This document shows positions 27,894 to 37,951 of a stretch of DNA of 64,000 bases, piece by piece. Origin of the DNA: Candidatus Eiseniibacteriota bacterium (GTDB taxonomy: Bacteria > Eisenbacteria > RBG-16-71-46). The stretch's first letter is position 1. Every line of letters begins with the position of its first letter. Below the pieces are notes generated by a model that saw only the letters and a program-made list of their open reading frames with translations, was not told the DNA's origin and searched no databases. The translations under genes were made by a program, and so were the position numbers. The DNA lies in assembly GCA_031366795.1 (NCBI GenBank), contig JANLOX010000245.1:14020-78019 (forward strand), written 5' to 3'.

Positions 27894-29747
27894 ATGCCAA
27901 CGTCTCTTCTGCACCGCATTCCCGCGGCGGTTGCTTCAGTAGTGTTGGCAGCGGTGCTGGTTGCACGCAGCGGCAGCGCAATGCCACCCGAATCCACAAC
28001 GACCGCGGTGACGCCCACGACGCCTCCTCGCGGCATCGATGCGCTCCTGAAGGGTGGATCGCACCCGTGGTTGGCGCACAGGAATCTCGCGGATGTGCGC
28101 GACAGCCTGCGGGTGTTCTACGCGCGCCGCGACAACCGCACGGCGTGGATCGAGGGAGGCAGGCCCACCGAACGCGCGCGCTCCTGGGTGGAGGCGTTGG
28201 AGCACCTCGATGAGTATGGCGTGCCGCCCGCGGATGTCGATGCGCCTCAACTCGCCGACCGGCTGGCGGAGCTCGAGGCGGGTGGTTCGCGCAGCGAGCT
28301 CGAACTGGGGGATGCCGATGTCGCGATGAGCGCCGTGGTCGCGCGCGCGCTGCGTGCCCTGCACAGCGGCCGCGTGCTTCCGGCGACCGTCGACAGCACC
28401 CTGATTCTGCTGCACCGCCCGCTCGCGCTGGGATCGACGCTGGATTCCCTGCTCGCGGGCGGCGAGCCGCGCGTGTGGTTGGAGCGCGTACAGCCTTCCT
28501 TCCGCCAGTACTGGATGCTGCTGCAGACGCTGGCGCGCTACCGCGACTTCGCAGGCGACATGGACAGGGCCATCAGCGCCACCCCGCCACGTCTCGCGGT
28601 GGCTCGGCCCTCAGGCGACATCGCGCGGCTTAAACTTCTGCTCGAGCGCGTGGGTGACGTGAAGTGGGGCACCGTGCGGGGCAGTGCCGCGGATTCCGTG
28701 TCTGATGCGAAGCTGCTCGCCGCAATCGGCCGCTTCCAGCGCCGCCATCACCTCCAGCCCTCGGGCCGTCTCGATGCCGCGACGTGGGACGCCATGCACG
28801 GCGCGCTAGATGAGCGGATCTCCGAGATGGGTCGCACGCTCGAGCAATTTCGCTGGTTGCCTCACGAGCTGAGCGCCCCCCTGTTGATGGTCAACATCCC
28901 CGCCTTCAAGCTCGAGGCGATGTCGACGCTCGACGAACCCGACTCCACTGTGCTGCACATCGACGTCGTGGTGGGCACCGCATACAAGACGCAAACGCCG
29001 GTGCTCACGGCCGCGCTGACCTCGATCGACTTCATGCCGACGTGGGACGTGCCGCCTTCGATCCAGAAGGCCGAAGTTCAGCCTGAAGCACTCAAGGATT
29101 CAACCTACCTGTCGAAAAACCACATGGACCTGATCCGCGACTCGCGCATTGTCCCCCCCTTGCGCAAGAACATCGAGCACATCGGCAGCGGCGTTCGAGT
29201 GCGGCAGCAGTGTGGTCCCGACAATCCACTCGGCCGCGTCAAATTCGTGATGCCGAACTTCTACGACGTCTACCTACACGACACCCCATCGAAGCATCTG
29301 TTCGGCGCGCGGATGCGCGACTTCAGCCATGGTTGCATCCGCCTCGGCAATCCCCTGGCGTTGGCGCGATTCGCCCTGCGCGACCGCCCCGACTGGACGG
29401 ACGCGCGCATCGACTCCGCCATGAATGGCAGCGAGACGGTAAAGGTGCGCCTGCCGATGCCGATGCTGGTGGCGATCATCTACGCCACCGTGGAAGCCCG
29501 CTCGGACGGGGAGGTGTTGTTCCACCCGGATGTCTACGGTCACGATCGCACGCTCGAGCTGCTGCTCGCCGGCGCCCCACGCGACAGCGTCCGGTCGAAT
29601 CGCTGGCGCGCCATGGCCGCACGGCACCGGCTGCCGAAGCCAATCACGCCGCCACAGCCCGAAGCACCGCACGCGCCTGGACTGCCCGCGCCAACGCAGC
29701 AGCAGGCACCCGCGCCTCCGCGAGGACCGAAGCCGCGGACGCCTTAG
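27894..29747 (+). CDS. L,D-transpeptidase (YcbB/LdtD-like) with scaffold and PG-binding domains
   Basis: FQRRHHL, VNIPAFKL, VVVG, PTWDVP.SI, NPLGRVKF..PN...YLHDTP, FSHGCIRL, DVYGHD. Confidence 0.92.
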   Translation: MPTSLLHRIPAAVASVVLAAVLVARSGSAMPPESTTTAVTPTTPPRGIDALLKGGSHPWLAHRNLADVRDSLRVFYARRDNRTAWIEGGRPTERARSWVEALEHLDEYGVPPADVDAPQLADRLAELEAGGSRSELELGDADVAMSAVVARALRALHSGRVLPATVDSTLILLHRPLALGSTLDSLLAGGEPRVWLERVQPSFRQYWMLLQTLARYRDFAGDMDRAISATPPRLAVARPSGDIARLKLLLERVGDVKWGTVRGSAADSVSDAKLLAAIGRFQRRHHLQPSGRLDAATWDAMHGALDERISEMGRTLEQFRWLPHELSAPLLMVNIPAFKLEAMSTLDEPDSTVLHIDVVVGTAYKTQTPVLTAALTSIDFMPTWDVPPSIQKAEVQPEALKDSTYLSKNHMDLIRDSRIVPPLRKNIEHIGSGVRVRQQCGPDNPLGRVKFVMPNFYDVYLHDTPSKHLFGARMRDFSHGCIRLGNPLALARFALRDRPDWTDARIDSAMNGSETVKVRLPMPMLVAIIYATVEARSDGEVLFHPDVYGHDRTLELLLAGAPRDSVRSNRWRAMAARHRLPKPITPPQPEAPHAPGLPAPTQQQAPAPPRGPKPRTP

Positions 29748-30259
29748 ACATACTGGATCAGCGCCTGGACGTTGTACCCGGCAAGTCGATTGCGACCCCC
29801 CAGGCTGCCCAACTCCGCCAGAAACAACAGCGACTCGACTTTCGCGCCGAGCTGTTCCACGAGCTTCGCCGTCGCGGCGGCCGTGCCGCCAGTGGCGAGC
29901 AGGTCGTCGACGACCACCACGCGCGTATTACGCTCCAATGAATCAGCCTGGAGCTCGAGCACGTCTTCGCCATATTCGAGCGAATACTGTTGGCGGACGG
30001 TGGCGCCGGGCAGTTTGCCGAATTTGCGCGCGGCCACAAACTTGACGCCCCAGTGGAGCGCGAGTGGGGCACCAAAGATGAAGCCGCGCGACTCGATCCC
30101 CACGACGGCATCCGGCCGCGTGACGAGCGCCGCCATCCCATCGATGGACTGGCGAAACGTGACGGGCTCCCACAGCAACGGGGCGATGTCCTTGAAGATG
30201 ATTCCCTGCTTGGGGAAATCCGCGCAATCACGAATCCGTTGCCGCAAGTTCTGGGACAT
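29744..30259 (-). CDS. apt: Adenine phosphoribosyltransferase
   Basis: DFPKQGIIFKDI, GIESRGFIFG, RK.GKLPG, YSLEYG, VVVVDDLLATGGT. Confidence 0.97.
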   Translation of the reverse strand: MSQNLRQRIRDCADFPKQGIIFKDIAPLLWEPVTFRQSIDGMAALVTRPDAVVGIESRGFIFGAPLALHWGVKFVAARKFGKLPGATVRQQYSLEYGEDVLELQADSLERNTRVVVVDDLLATGGTAAATAKLVEQLGAKVESLLFLAELGSLGGRNRLAGYNVQALIQYV

Positions 30260-30268
30260 GACCCTCCC

Positions 30269-31354
30269 TTAGTGAAGTCGCGACCGCGTTTCGTCGCTCT
30301 GGTCATCCAGTTCGAGGGCGCGGCGCAACTTTTCGATCGCGCGTGCCTCGATTTGCCGTACGCGTTCGCGAGTGATCCCGAAGTGCTCTCCCGTTTGCGC
30401 CAGTGTACGCGATTCGCCGTCATAAAAGCCGTAGCGAATGCGGATGATCCGCTCTTCGCGCTCCGACAGGGAGCGCAGCAACTGGTCCAGCCGTTCGTGT
30501 TCGAGTTGTAATTCGATCAGGCGTTCGATCGACACCGGCGCCACGGCTGCCGCATCGGCGCTCAGCGCTTCGAAAGCGTCGAGGCTCGAGGACTCATCGA
30601 GCGAACGCATGCCACCGACCAGCGCAGACAGCCGTTCCGCGCGTACCGCGGAGATACCCAGCTCGGCGCCGATCTCCGCGGCCGAGGGCTCACGGCCGAG
30701 CCGCGCGACCATTGCCCTGCCGGTGCGCATGAAGCGGTTCGCCTGCTGGAACATCTGGACCGGGATGCGGATCGAGCGGGATTGTTCCGCGATGCCGCGC
30801 AACATGGATTGGCGGATCCAGATCGAGGCGTAGGTGCTGAAGCGCAGGCCCCGCTCGGGCTCGAAGCGGTCCACCGCGTGGATCAGCCCGAGATTGCCTT
30901 CCTCGATCAGGTCGAGCATCGGCAGGCCGCGCGTGCGGTAGGCGCGCGCCAGGTGCACGACGAGGCGGAGGTTGGCGAGAATGATGCGCCGCCGCGCGAG
31001 CTCATCGCCCGTTCGCGCGCGCGACGCAAGCGCGAGCAACTCCTCGTGCTGGAGCAGGTTGATGCGCCCGATGTCGTCGAGATAGACATCCAGCAGGTCG
31101 CGGCCCGAGTTGGAACCGTCGGGCAGGTCGCGCAGATCGCGCACGATCGTGGCCGTGGGCTCCGGGTCGTCATCGGGAAGAGCGATGCCTTCCTGCCGCG
31201 CGGTCTCACGGAAGCGCTCGAAGGCGATATCGTCGAAGTCCGGGTCGAGCAGCAGCGACTCGATGACCTGTGGCTCTAGGGTTCGCGTGGCGCGGGCGTG
31301 ATCCAGCGTCTCCGTGAGACAATCGCTGAAGCTGCGCAGCCGTGGCAAAGTCAC
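30269..31354 (-). CDS. Sigma-70 family group 1/2 sigma factor (RpoS-like by synteny)
   Basis: YLDDIGRINLL, ANLRLVV, DLIEEGNLGLIHAVDRFEPERGLRFSTYASIWIRQ, IRIPV, GITRERVRQIE; lies between surE and apt. Confidence 0.9.
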   Translation of the reverse strand: MTLPRLRSFSDCLTETLDHARATRTLEPQVIESLLLDPDFDDIAFERFRETARQEGIALPDDDPEPTATIVRDLRDLPDGSNSGRDLLDVYLDDIGRINLLQHEELLALASRARTGDELARRRIILANLRLVVHLARAYRTRGLPMLDLIEEGNLGLIHAVDRFEPERGLRFSTYASIWIRQSMLRGIAEQSRSIRIPVQMFQQANRFMRTGRAMVARLGREPSAAEIGAELGISAVRAERLSALVGGMRSLDESSSLDAFEALSADAAAVAPVSIERLIELQLEHERLDQLLRSLSEREERIIRIRYGFYDGESRTLAQTGEHFGITRERVRQIEARAIEKLRRALELDDQSDETRSRLH

Positions 31355-31453
31355 CGGCAGGGCTCCCGGAAGAGTGCGAGTTCGTCAGCGCCCGGGACTT
31401 AAGGGGCCTAGCGGCAGCTCAAGCGGGTCAACGAGCGCGACGCCCAAGAAAGA

Positions 31454-31530
<77 letters not shown>

Positions 31531-31675
31531 ACATTGTGTTCCCGGGATCCCCCGAACCGTAAGGTATGGCGACCGATGCGGAGGAATGAAGCCCTGTGGA
31601 TGAAGCGGCGAGCACCCTAGCATAGCCCGCAATGGCCTGCCAATTGAGCGGTGTTGCGAAGCGGCCCCTCCCAGC

Positions 31676-32422
31676 TCAGATCGTCAGGTCCCAATGGTTA
31701 AGCCCATCGACCGCGCCTTCGTCCGTCAGGTCGAGGCGCATCGGAGTCACCGACACGTACCCGGCATCCACCGCGTTGAAGTCGCTGCCCTCCCGGTTCT
31801 CCCACACGGCGTCCTGGCCACCGATCCAGTAGTAGTCGCGTCCGCGGGGGTCGACCTTATGGATCAGGGTGTCCTGGTAGACACGGCTGCCGAGCCGCGT
31901 GATCTTGACGCCGTTGACCTGGTCCCACGGCCGATGCGGCAAGTTCACGTTGAGCAGGCGGCGTTTCCCCAGACCCCGCTCGAGCACGGTGCGCGCGAGT
32001 CGTCCGATGAAACGCGCCGGCTCCGCGAAGTCGGTGAGTTCGCGTGTCACCAGCGACGCCGCGATGGCGGGTGCCCCCTGCAGCGTTCCTTCAATGGCGG
32101 CGGCGACGGTCCCGGAATAGAACACGTCCTCCCCCATGTTGGGCCCGTGGTTTATCCCTGAGACGACGAGACCGGGTTGTTCGACCAGCAGCCCATGGCA
32201 GGCGGCGACCACGCAGTCCGTCGGCGTACCATCGACGCTGTACATGTCGTCGGCGTGTTTGTGGATGCGGAACGGCCGGTTGAGCGTAAGCGAGTGCGAG
32301 GTCGCGCTCTGGTCGCGGTCGGGCGCCACGATGATCACGCGGCCGAGTGGTTGGAGCTCGTCGCGCAGCCGCAACAGTGCCGGTGAAGCGATGCCATCGT
32401 CATTGGTGACCAGGATGATCAA
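31676..32422 (-). CDS. surE: 5'/3'-nucleotidase SurE
   Basis: ILVTNDDGI, VAPDRDQSATSHSLT, GTPTDCV, SGINHGPNMG..YSGTVAAA; TTG start after AAGGAG. Confidence 0.96.
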   Translation of the reverse strand: MIILVTNDDGIASPALLRLRDELQPLGRVIIVAPDRDQSATSHSLTLNRPFRIHKHADDMYSVDGTPTDCVVAACHGLLVEQPGLVVSGINHGPNMGEDVFYSGTVAAAIEGTLQGAPAIAASLVTRELTDFAEPARFIGRLARTVLERGLGKRRLLNVNLPHRPWDQVNGVKITRLGSRVYQDTLIHKVDPRGRDYYWIGGQDAVWENREGSDFNAVDAGYVSVTPMRLDLTDEGAVDGLNHWDLTI

Positions 32423-32465
32423 GCGCAGCACTCCTTCATGGAACGGTGTGGGCGATTCGGAACCG

Positions 32466-33179
32466 TCAGCGGGGCTCCGCTGCGGCGCGGGCGGCGCGCA
32501 TCGAGCCCGGCTGCAGGACACCCTCGAGTGTGAGCCGCAACAGGGTACCGCCGATGCGCGGTACGTCGCGGAACGCGCTGATCTGGCTCTTCTCGGCCCC
32601 GTAGATGGTGGGAATCTCAACTTCCCTGAGCTTGAAGCCGAGTCGCGCGGCGCGCACCGCCACCTCGGTTTCCACTTCGTAGCGTCCCGGCGTGATCGGC
32701 GTGCGTTCGAGCAGACGCCGGCCGTACAGGCGAAAGCCGCTCTGGCTGTCCGAGATCCGCTGCCCCGCCATCGCGGTTGCCCAACCCGAGGACATGGCAT
32801 TGGCGAACCGCCGCGCCGCCGGCATGTCGGGCGTGCGCGCGCGCGCGCCGAGCACGAGATCCGTGGACTCGTCGAACGCCGCGATGAACGACGGGATGCA
32901 CTCGGGCGGATGCTGTCCATCCGCATCGAGCGTGACGACGCCGTCGTATTCGCGCAGCAGGTCGAATCCCGCCAGCAGCGCGTAGCCCTTGCCGCGATTG
33001 GCCGCGAACGAGTGGACACGGCCGCCGAACATGCGCCCGACCTCAGCCGTGGCATCGCGCGAGCCGTCGTCCACCACCAGCACCGGCAGGTCAGGCAGGA
33101 TGCGCGTGATGCGCGTCAGGACATCGCCAAGATGCGCCGCGGCCTGGTACGCGGGTACCAGCGCTGCAATGCGCCTCAT
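32466..33179 (-). CDS. Glycosyltransferase family 2 (DPM1-like)
   Basis: ALVPAYQ, VVDDGSRD, NRGKG.AL, TLDADGQH, DSQSGFRLY, EIPTIY. Confidence 0.92.
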   Translation of the reverse strand: MRRIAALVPAYQAAAHLGDVLTRITRILPDLPVLVVDDGSRDATAEVGRMFGGRVHSFAANRGKGYALLAGFDLLREYDGVVTLDADGQHPPECIPSFIAAFDESTDLVLGARARTPDMPAARRFANAMSSGWATAMAGQRISDSQSGFRLYGRRLLERTPITPGRYEVETEVAVRAARLGFKLREVEIPTIYGAEKSQISAFRDVPRIGGTLLRLTLEGVLQPGSMRAARAAAEPR

Positions 33180-33222
33180 CGCGCGGTCCCCGGGCAAAGT
33201 TGGTTCATGCGTGGGACGCGGC

Positions 33223-34029
33223 TCACGCGAGCCCCTCGGGCAGCGGCTCGAACGCGTACCACTGGCCGGACGAGCGGTCGAGATGCTTGAGCAGCGCCTT
33301 GCGAATGCCACCCTCACGGGCCGAAGCGTCGGACACCGGCGCGTCACACCACAGCACATGCCGCCCATCGGGTTTGCGTGTCATCGCGACGGGCAGCAGC
33401 GTTGCCCCCGAACGCCGCGCCAGGGCTCCCGCCCACAGGCACAGCGAACCGCGCAGTTCGGGCACCGCGCGATCGCCCATCACAGCCACCCATTCGCCGC
33501 GACGCAATGCGCGCGAAGTGGCGAGCCATAGGGGTGCACCGCGCAGGGCCTTCACCCCCCAGGCCTCCCGCCGGTGATTGAAGAAGCGTTCCACGCGCGG
33601 GCTCGGGTGCGGGCGCGCCAACAGGCGCATGGGCACTCCCTGCAGGGCAAGGCGCGCGGCACCCCACTCCCAGTTGCCCGTGTGGACCGACATCAGCACG
33701 CACCCGCGGCCGCTGGCGCGCGCCGCCTCGAGGTGCTCCCCACCCCGGATCTCGACGCGTTGCGCCAGTTCCGCGGGCGTCAACGCATCCAGGCGCAGGA
33801 AGTCGGCGACCGCCATGGCGAATTGTTCAAAGGTTTCCCGCGAGCGCTCCTCGAGTTGGCGCGGCTCGAACGGCGAAAGCCGCAGGAGGTTCGCTTCGAG
33901 AGTGCCGCGGGCCGGTAGTCCCGCCCTGTGCGCCAGGCGCGCGCACAGGCGGGCGGCACGGTGGCTCCACGCTTCGGGCAATGAACGCGCGAGGGCTCCG
34001 GCGAGGGAATAGGCGAGCGCGGGGAGCAT
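33223..34029 (-). CDS. Lipid A / glycolipid acyltransferase family (LpxL/PatA-like)
   Basis: G.EHLEAA..SGRG.VL.SVHTGNWE, ALRRGE.V.VMGDR, LARRSGA.LLPV, QWY.F. Confidence 0.82.
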   Translation of the reverse strand: MLPALAYSLAGALARSLPEAWSHRAARLCARLAHRAGLPARGTLEANLLRLSPFEPRQLEERSRETFEQFAMAVADFLRLDALTPAELAQRVEIRGGEHLEAARASGRGCVLMSVHTGNWEWGAARLALQGVPMRLLARPHPSPRVERFFNHRREAWGVKALRGAPLWLATSRALRRGEWVAVMGDRAVPELRGSLCLWAGALARRSGATLLPVAMTRKPDGRHVLWCDAPVSDASAREGGIRKALLKHLDRSSGQWYAFEPLPEGLA

Positions 34030-34147
34030 AGGGGGGTACGCGCGGCCTCCCTGGCGCCGCATCGTTCCGGACGGCCACGTGGGGCGGTCGAACGGGACAG
34101 GCCCGGAACGCTGCCGGGCTGCATGCGACGCGGCGGATCAAGAGAAA

Positions 34148-34224
34148 TGGTCGGGGCGACTGGATTTGAACCAGCGACCACCTGCCCCCCATGCAGGTGC
34201 GCTACCGGGCTGCGCTACGCCCCG
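34148..34224 (-). tRNA. tRNA-Pro(GGG)
   Basis: CGGGGCGTAGCGCAGCCCGGTAGCGCACCTGC-ATGGGGG-GCAGGTGGTCGCTGGTTCAAATCCAGTCGCCCCGACCA; 77 nt. Confidence 0.96.
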
Positions 34225-34348
34225 ACCTCAAGAAGGGGACCATTGAATCCGTGAAACTAGGGGGTATTGAGGAAACTCGCAAGTGAGCCGCCTGATCGAC
34301 AGCCGCAGGCGCGTACTCCCGGCGCTCGCGCACCACGAAAGCTCCGCG

Positions 34349-34735
34349 TTAAACTTGCGTCGTGGGCCCGCGGCGCAACTGGCTGGCGAGACGGCGCAAC
34401 TCGCTCTTGATCTCATGCAGCAGCAGCTTGTTCACCGCTTCCCCGAACCCCACTTCAGGCGCCGGCTCCTCCTGCCGCGTCTCGACGAGCTTCTTCTTCG
34501 CGCCTTCGATCGTGAAGCGGCGCGCATAGAGGAGATCCTTGATCTGCATGAGCGTGGTGATCTCTTCGGGCCGGTACATGCGATTGCCTGCCCGGTTCTT
34601 GCGGGGCCGCAAGGTGCTGAACTGCGTTTCCCAATAGCGCAGCACATGCGGGCGCACACCGATCAATTCGGCCACTTCGCTGATCGACCGGTAGGGGCGG
34701 CTTTCGAGATCGAGGTCTTTTTTCAGCACGCTCAT
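34349..34735 (-). CDS. MerR-family HTH regulator
   Basis: YRSISEVAELIGVRPHVLRYWETQF..LRPRKNRAGNRMY, LLY..RFTIEGAKK; typical neighbour of tRNA-Pro(GGG). Confidence 0.92.
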   Translation of the reverse strand: MSVLKKDLDLESRPYRSISEVAELIGVRPHVLRYWETQFSTLRPRKNRAGNRMYRPEEITTLMQIKDLLYARRFTIEGAKKKLVETRQEEPAPEVGFGEAVNKLLLHEIKSELRRLASQLRRGPTTQV

Positions 34736-34756
34736 CCGCGACTCCTCAATGTGTCC

Positions 34757-35749
34757 TCATGCTTCGCTGCGCAGGTCGCGGGTCATTAGCGCCTGCAGTG
34801 CCTCGCGCGGGCTGCGCTGCTCGAACAGCATCGCGCAGACTTGCTCCGTGATCGGCATGTCCACGCCGAACAGCATCCCCAACTCCCGCGTCGCGCGCGC
34901 GGCGGGAACCCCTTCCGCGACCATCGTCATGGAACCCAGAACTTCATCGAGCGTCTCGCCGCGGCCCAGCCGCTCGCCGACGAATCGATTCCTGCTGTGC
35001 CTGCTCATGGCAGTCGCGACCAAGTCGCCCATCCCCGCCAAACCAAAGAACGTCTCGCGCCGCCCGCCCATTGCGCTGCCCAGCCGGGCGATCTCCGCCA
35101 ATCCGCGCGTCAGCAACGCGCCCTTCGTGTTGTCCCCGAACCCCACTCCGTCGCACACGCCGGCCGCAATGGCGATCACGTTCTTGACTCCCGCCCCCAC
35201 CTCACAGCCTGTGACATCGGTGTTCGTGTAAACCCTGAACGACGGTGACGAGAGCAACTGTTGCACCACCACGGCCGAGGGTTCGTGTTCAGAGGCGGCC
35301 ACCACCGATGTGGGAATCCCGCGGCTGACTTCTTCCGCGTGACTCGGTCCCGTGACCACCACCACGCGTGAGTCCGGCAGCGTGCCTGCAATCACCTGGC
35401 TCAGGCGCTGGCGTGTTTCGAGTTCAAAGCCTTTTGAAGCACTGATCGCGATCGCCACCGGCACCGAAGTGTTCGCGACGCGCTGGGCGACTTCACGCAT
35501 CACTTGAGACGGCACCGCGAACACCACGCCGTCAGTATCCTTCAATGCCGCTGACAGTTCCGTCCGGACCTTAACGCCGTCGGGTAGCGGGATGGAAGGC
35601 AAAAACTTGGCGTTCTCGCGCAGCCTTTCCATCCGCTCGAGCTCGGCGGCATCATTGCCCCACAGCCGTGCCTCATGACCGGACAGGGCGAGATGAATCG
35701 CCAGGGTTGTTCCCCACGATCCTGCCCCGAGAATGGCGACGCGGCTCAT
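34757..35749 (-). CDS. gpsA: NAD(P)H-dependent glycerol-3-phosphate dehydrogenase
   Basis: ILGAGSWGTTLA, SKGFE, GPSHAEEV, KNVIAIAAG, GDNTKGALLTRGL, GMGDLVAT, SRNR. Confidence 0.96.
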   Translation of the reverse strand: MSRVAILGAGSWGTTLAIHLALSGHEARLWGNDAAELERMERLRENAKFLPSIPLPDGVKVRTELSAALKDTDGVVFAVPSQVMREVAQRVANTSVPVAIAISASKGFELETRQRLSQVIAGTLPDSRVVVVTGPSHAEEVSRGIPTSVVAASEHEPSAVVVQQLLSSPSFRVYTNTDVTGCEVGAGVKNVIAIAAGVCDGVGFGDNTKGALLTRGLAEIARLGSAMGGRRETFFGLAGMGDLVATAMSRHSRNRFVGERLGRGETLDEVLGSMTMVAEGVPAARATRELGMLFGVDMPITEQVCAMLFEQRSPREALQALMTRDLRSEA

Positions 35750-36390
35750 GTCTGGCGCCCCCGGTGCCAATCGAACTGGCGCTCGGTGCCCTCGCGCAGC
35801 CGGCGGATATTGTCGCGGTGCCGGACGATCACGAGCACCGCGATCACCACTGCAAACATGAATGTCGGGCTGGTCAGTCCTCCCTTGCCGAGCAGGGCCA
35901 ACGCCACGGTGAATGCAACGGCCCCGAGGATCGAGCCCAATGAAATAAAGCGCGTCGTGCCCACCGTCAGGAAGAACACCACGACGAAGGCGAGGAAGGC
36001 GAGCGGCGCCAGCGCCAGCAGCACACCGACGGTCGTCGCGACGCCCTTGCCCCCTTTGAAGCCGGCTAGGAACGTCCAGACGTGTCCGGCGATCGCCGCG
36101 AATCCCACGGCCAGGGCGCACATCTCACGCCCACCGGGGAACGCGGCGGCGAGCGGCAGTTGAGGCACGAACCAAACGGGCAGCGCGCCCTTGAGGATGT
36201 CGAGCAGCAGCGTGGCGATCCCGAGGCCGCGCCCGAGCGAGCGGAATACATTGGTCGCTCCGAGGTTTCGCGATCCGAGGGTACGCACGTCGGCGCCGCG
36301 AAACCACCTGCCCAGCCACAGCCCGAAGGGCAGCGATCCTGAAATGTAGCCGAGCGCCATGCAGGCGAGCACGGAAAGTGCGGGCGTCAT
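35746..36390 (-). CDS. plsY: Glycerol-3-phosphate acyltransferase PlsY
   Basis: GSLPFG, GS.NLGATNVFR, DILKG, GHVW..FKGGKGVAT, RH..NI.RL..GTE. Confidence 0.96.
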   Translation of the reverse strand: MTPALSVLACMALGYISGSLPFGLWLGRWFRGADVRTLGSRNLGATNVFRSLGRGLGIATLLLDILKGALPVWFVPQLPLAAAFPGGREMCALAVGFAAIAGHVWTFLAGFKGGKGVATTVGVLLALAPLAFLAFVVVFFLTVGTTRFISLGSILGAVAFTVALALLGKGGLTSPTFMFAVVIAVLVIVRHRDNIRRLREGTERQFDWHRGRQT

Positions 36391-36420
36391 GTTGCCTCGC
36401 TCATCCCCGACGCTGGCGGC

Positions 36421-37731
36421 CTATTCACTCTTGCGGAATTTGAGTTGCACTGGCGTGCCATAGAACCCAAACGTATCGCAGAGATCGAGCAGCAGGAAGC
36501 GCCGGTAGCTGTCGCTCAGGCGCGCGGGAGAATTGCAGAACAAGGTGACCTCGGGCGGCCGGAACCCGGTTTGGGTGCCGTAATACACCTTGGCGGTGCG
36601 GCCGGCGCTGTTGCTCGGCACCGCTCGGCGCTGCTGCACCGTTTCGAGCCAGCGATTGAGCTCGGACGTGGTGAGCTTGCGGCTGTGTTCTTCCATCCGC
36701 TGCACCAGTGCCGCCGGCAGCCGCTGGAGGTGCGTATGCTCGAGCGCGGACAGCGGCATTGCCGGCAGGTCGGCCAGGGTCGGGTAGCGCCGCGCGCGGT
36801 CGGCCACGGCCTTCTTCCAGGCCTGCTCACGATCCTCGATCAGGTCCCACTTGTTGTAGAGCAACTGCACCGTGCAGCCACTCTCGAGCGCCTCGGCGGC
36901 GAGGCGTGCTTCCTGTCGCAGGAACCCTTGAGTCGCGTCGACCACGAGGCAGGCGAGATTGGCGCGTTGCATCGCCTGCAGTGCGCGCATCGAAGCGTAG
37001 AACTCGGACTCATCCTTGAAGTGCGCCTGGCGGCGGATGCCTGCGGTATCGACCAGCGTGAACACGCCGGTGGGGGTGGTCCACGCGGAGTCGACGGCAT
37101 CCACCGTCGTGCCGGCGCGAGCCTCGACGACCATGCGGTCCTCGCCGAGCAGCGAGTTGACCAGCGAGGACTTGCCGACGTTGGGCCGGCCGATGATGGC
37201 GATGCGGCCCTGCGTCTCGGCCTCGTCCGGCTCCTCGGGCGGCATCTCGGAGAGAATGCGATCGAGCAGGTCGCCGATGCCGAAGCCGTTTTCGGAGGAA
37301 ATCGGGATGGGTTCGCCGAGGCCCAGCGCATGGAACTCGTGCACCACGGGATCGTGCGGTTTGTCGACCTTGTTGACCACAAGCAGGCAGGTGCGGCCCG
37401 TTTTCAGCAGGCTGCGAGCGATGGCGCGATCGAGGTCCGTGGCGCCGGTCAGCGCGTCGACCATCAGGATCACCACATTCGCCAGGCCGATCGCGGTTTC
37501 CGCCTGGCGGCGCACCAGCACGTCGCGGCCCTCGGCGGAGGCCGGTAGGAAGCCGCCGGTGTCCACGAGCATGAACGGACGTCCCGCCCACTCGGCGCGC
37601 ACCGCATTGCGGTCACGGGTAATGCCGGGGCGATCGTGGACCACCGCTCTTCGCTCGCCGAGCACGCGGTTGAAGAACGTGGATTTGCCCACGTTGGGAC
37701 GGCCGATGATCGCGACGACGGAAGTGGCCAT
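36421..37731 (-). CDS. der: Ribosome biogenesis GTPase Der (EngA)
   Basis: Two GTPase domains (GRPNVGKS twice, DTGG/DTAG, NKVD/NKWD) and a KH-like C-terminus (FGFYGTPV). Confidence 0.97.
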   Translation of the reverse strand: MATSVVAIIGRPNVGKSTFFNRVLGERRAVVHDRPGITRDRNAVRAEWAGRPFMLVDTGGFLPASAEGRDVLVRRQAETAIGLANVVILMVDALTGATDLDRAIARSLLKTGRTCLLVVNKVDKPHDPVVHEFHALGLGEPIPISSENGFGIGDLLDRILSEMPPEEPDEAETQGRIAIIGRPNVGKSSLVNSLLGEDRMVVEARAGTTVDAVDSAWTTPTGVFTLVDTAGIRRQAHFKDESEFYASMRALQAMQRANLACLVVDATQGFLRQEARLAAEALESGCTVQLLYNKWDLIEDREQAWKKAVADRARRYPTLADLPAMPLSALEHTHLQRLPAALVQRMEEHSRKLTTSELNRWLETVQQRRAVPSNSAGRTAKVYYGTQTGFRPPEVTLFCNSPARLSDSYRRFLLLDLCDTFGFYGTPVQLKFRKSE

Positions 37732-37792
37732 GGTCCTTAAACGAATCGGCGCGCCGGGACCCGCCCGGAGCGCCGATCTCGATGTGCTGGAA

Positions 37793-37868
37793 TGGAGCGG
37801 GCAACGGGGGTCGAACCCGCGACCTCAAGCTTGGGAAGCTCGCGCTCTACCAACTGAGCTATGCCCGC
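37793..37868 (-). tRNA. tRNA-Gly(CCC)
   Basis: GCGGGCATAGCTCAGTTGGTAGAGCGCGAGC-TTCCCAA-GCTTGAGGTCGCGGGTTCGACCCCCGTTGCCCGCTCCA; 76 nt. Confidence 0.97.
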
Positions 37869-37896
37869 GAATGAACAGAAGTTGCGACACCGTTGA

Positions 37897-37925
37897 AACG
37901 TAGTTTCGGAAGCCCAAACTGTCAA
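37897..37925 (-). promoter_or_regulatory. Sigma-70 promoter for the tRNA-Gly/der operon
   Basis: Minus strand TTGACA-17 bp-TACGTT, just upstream of tRNA-Gly. Confidence 0.7.
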
Positions 37926-37951
37926 CTCACGCGGGAACGGCAAGTCCCCGG

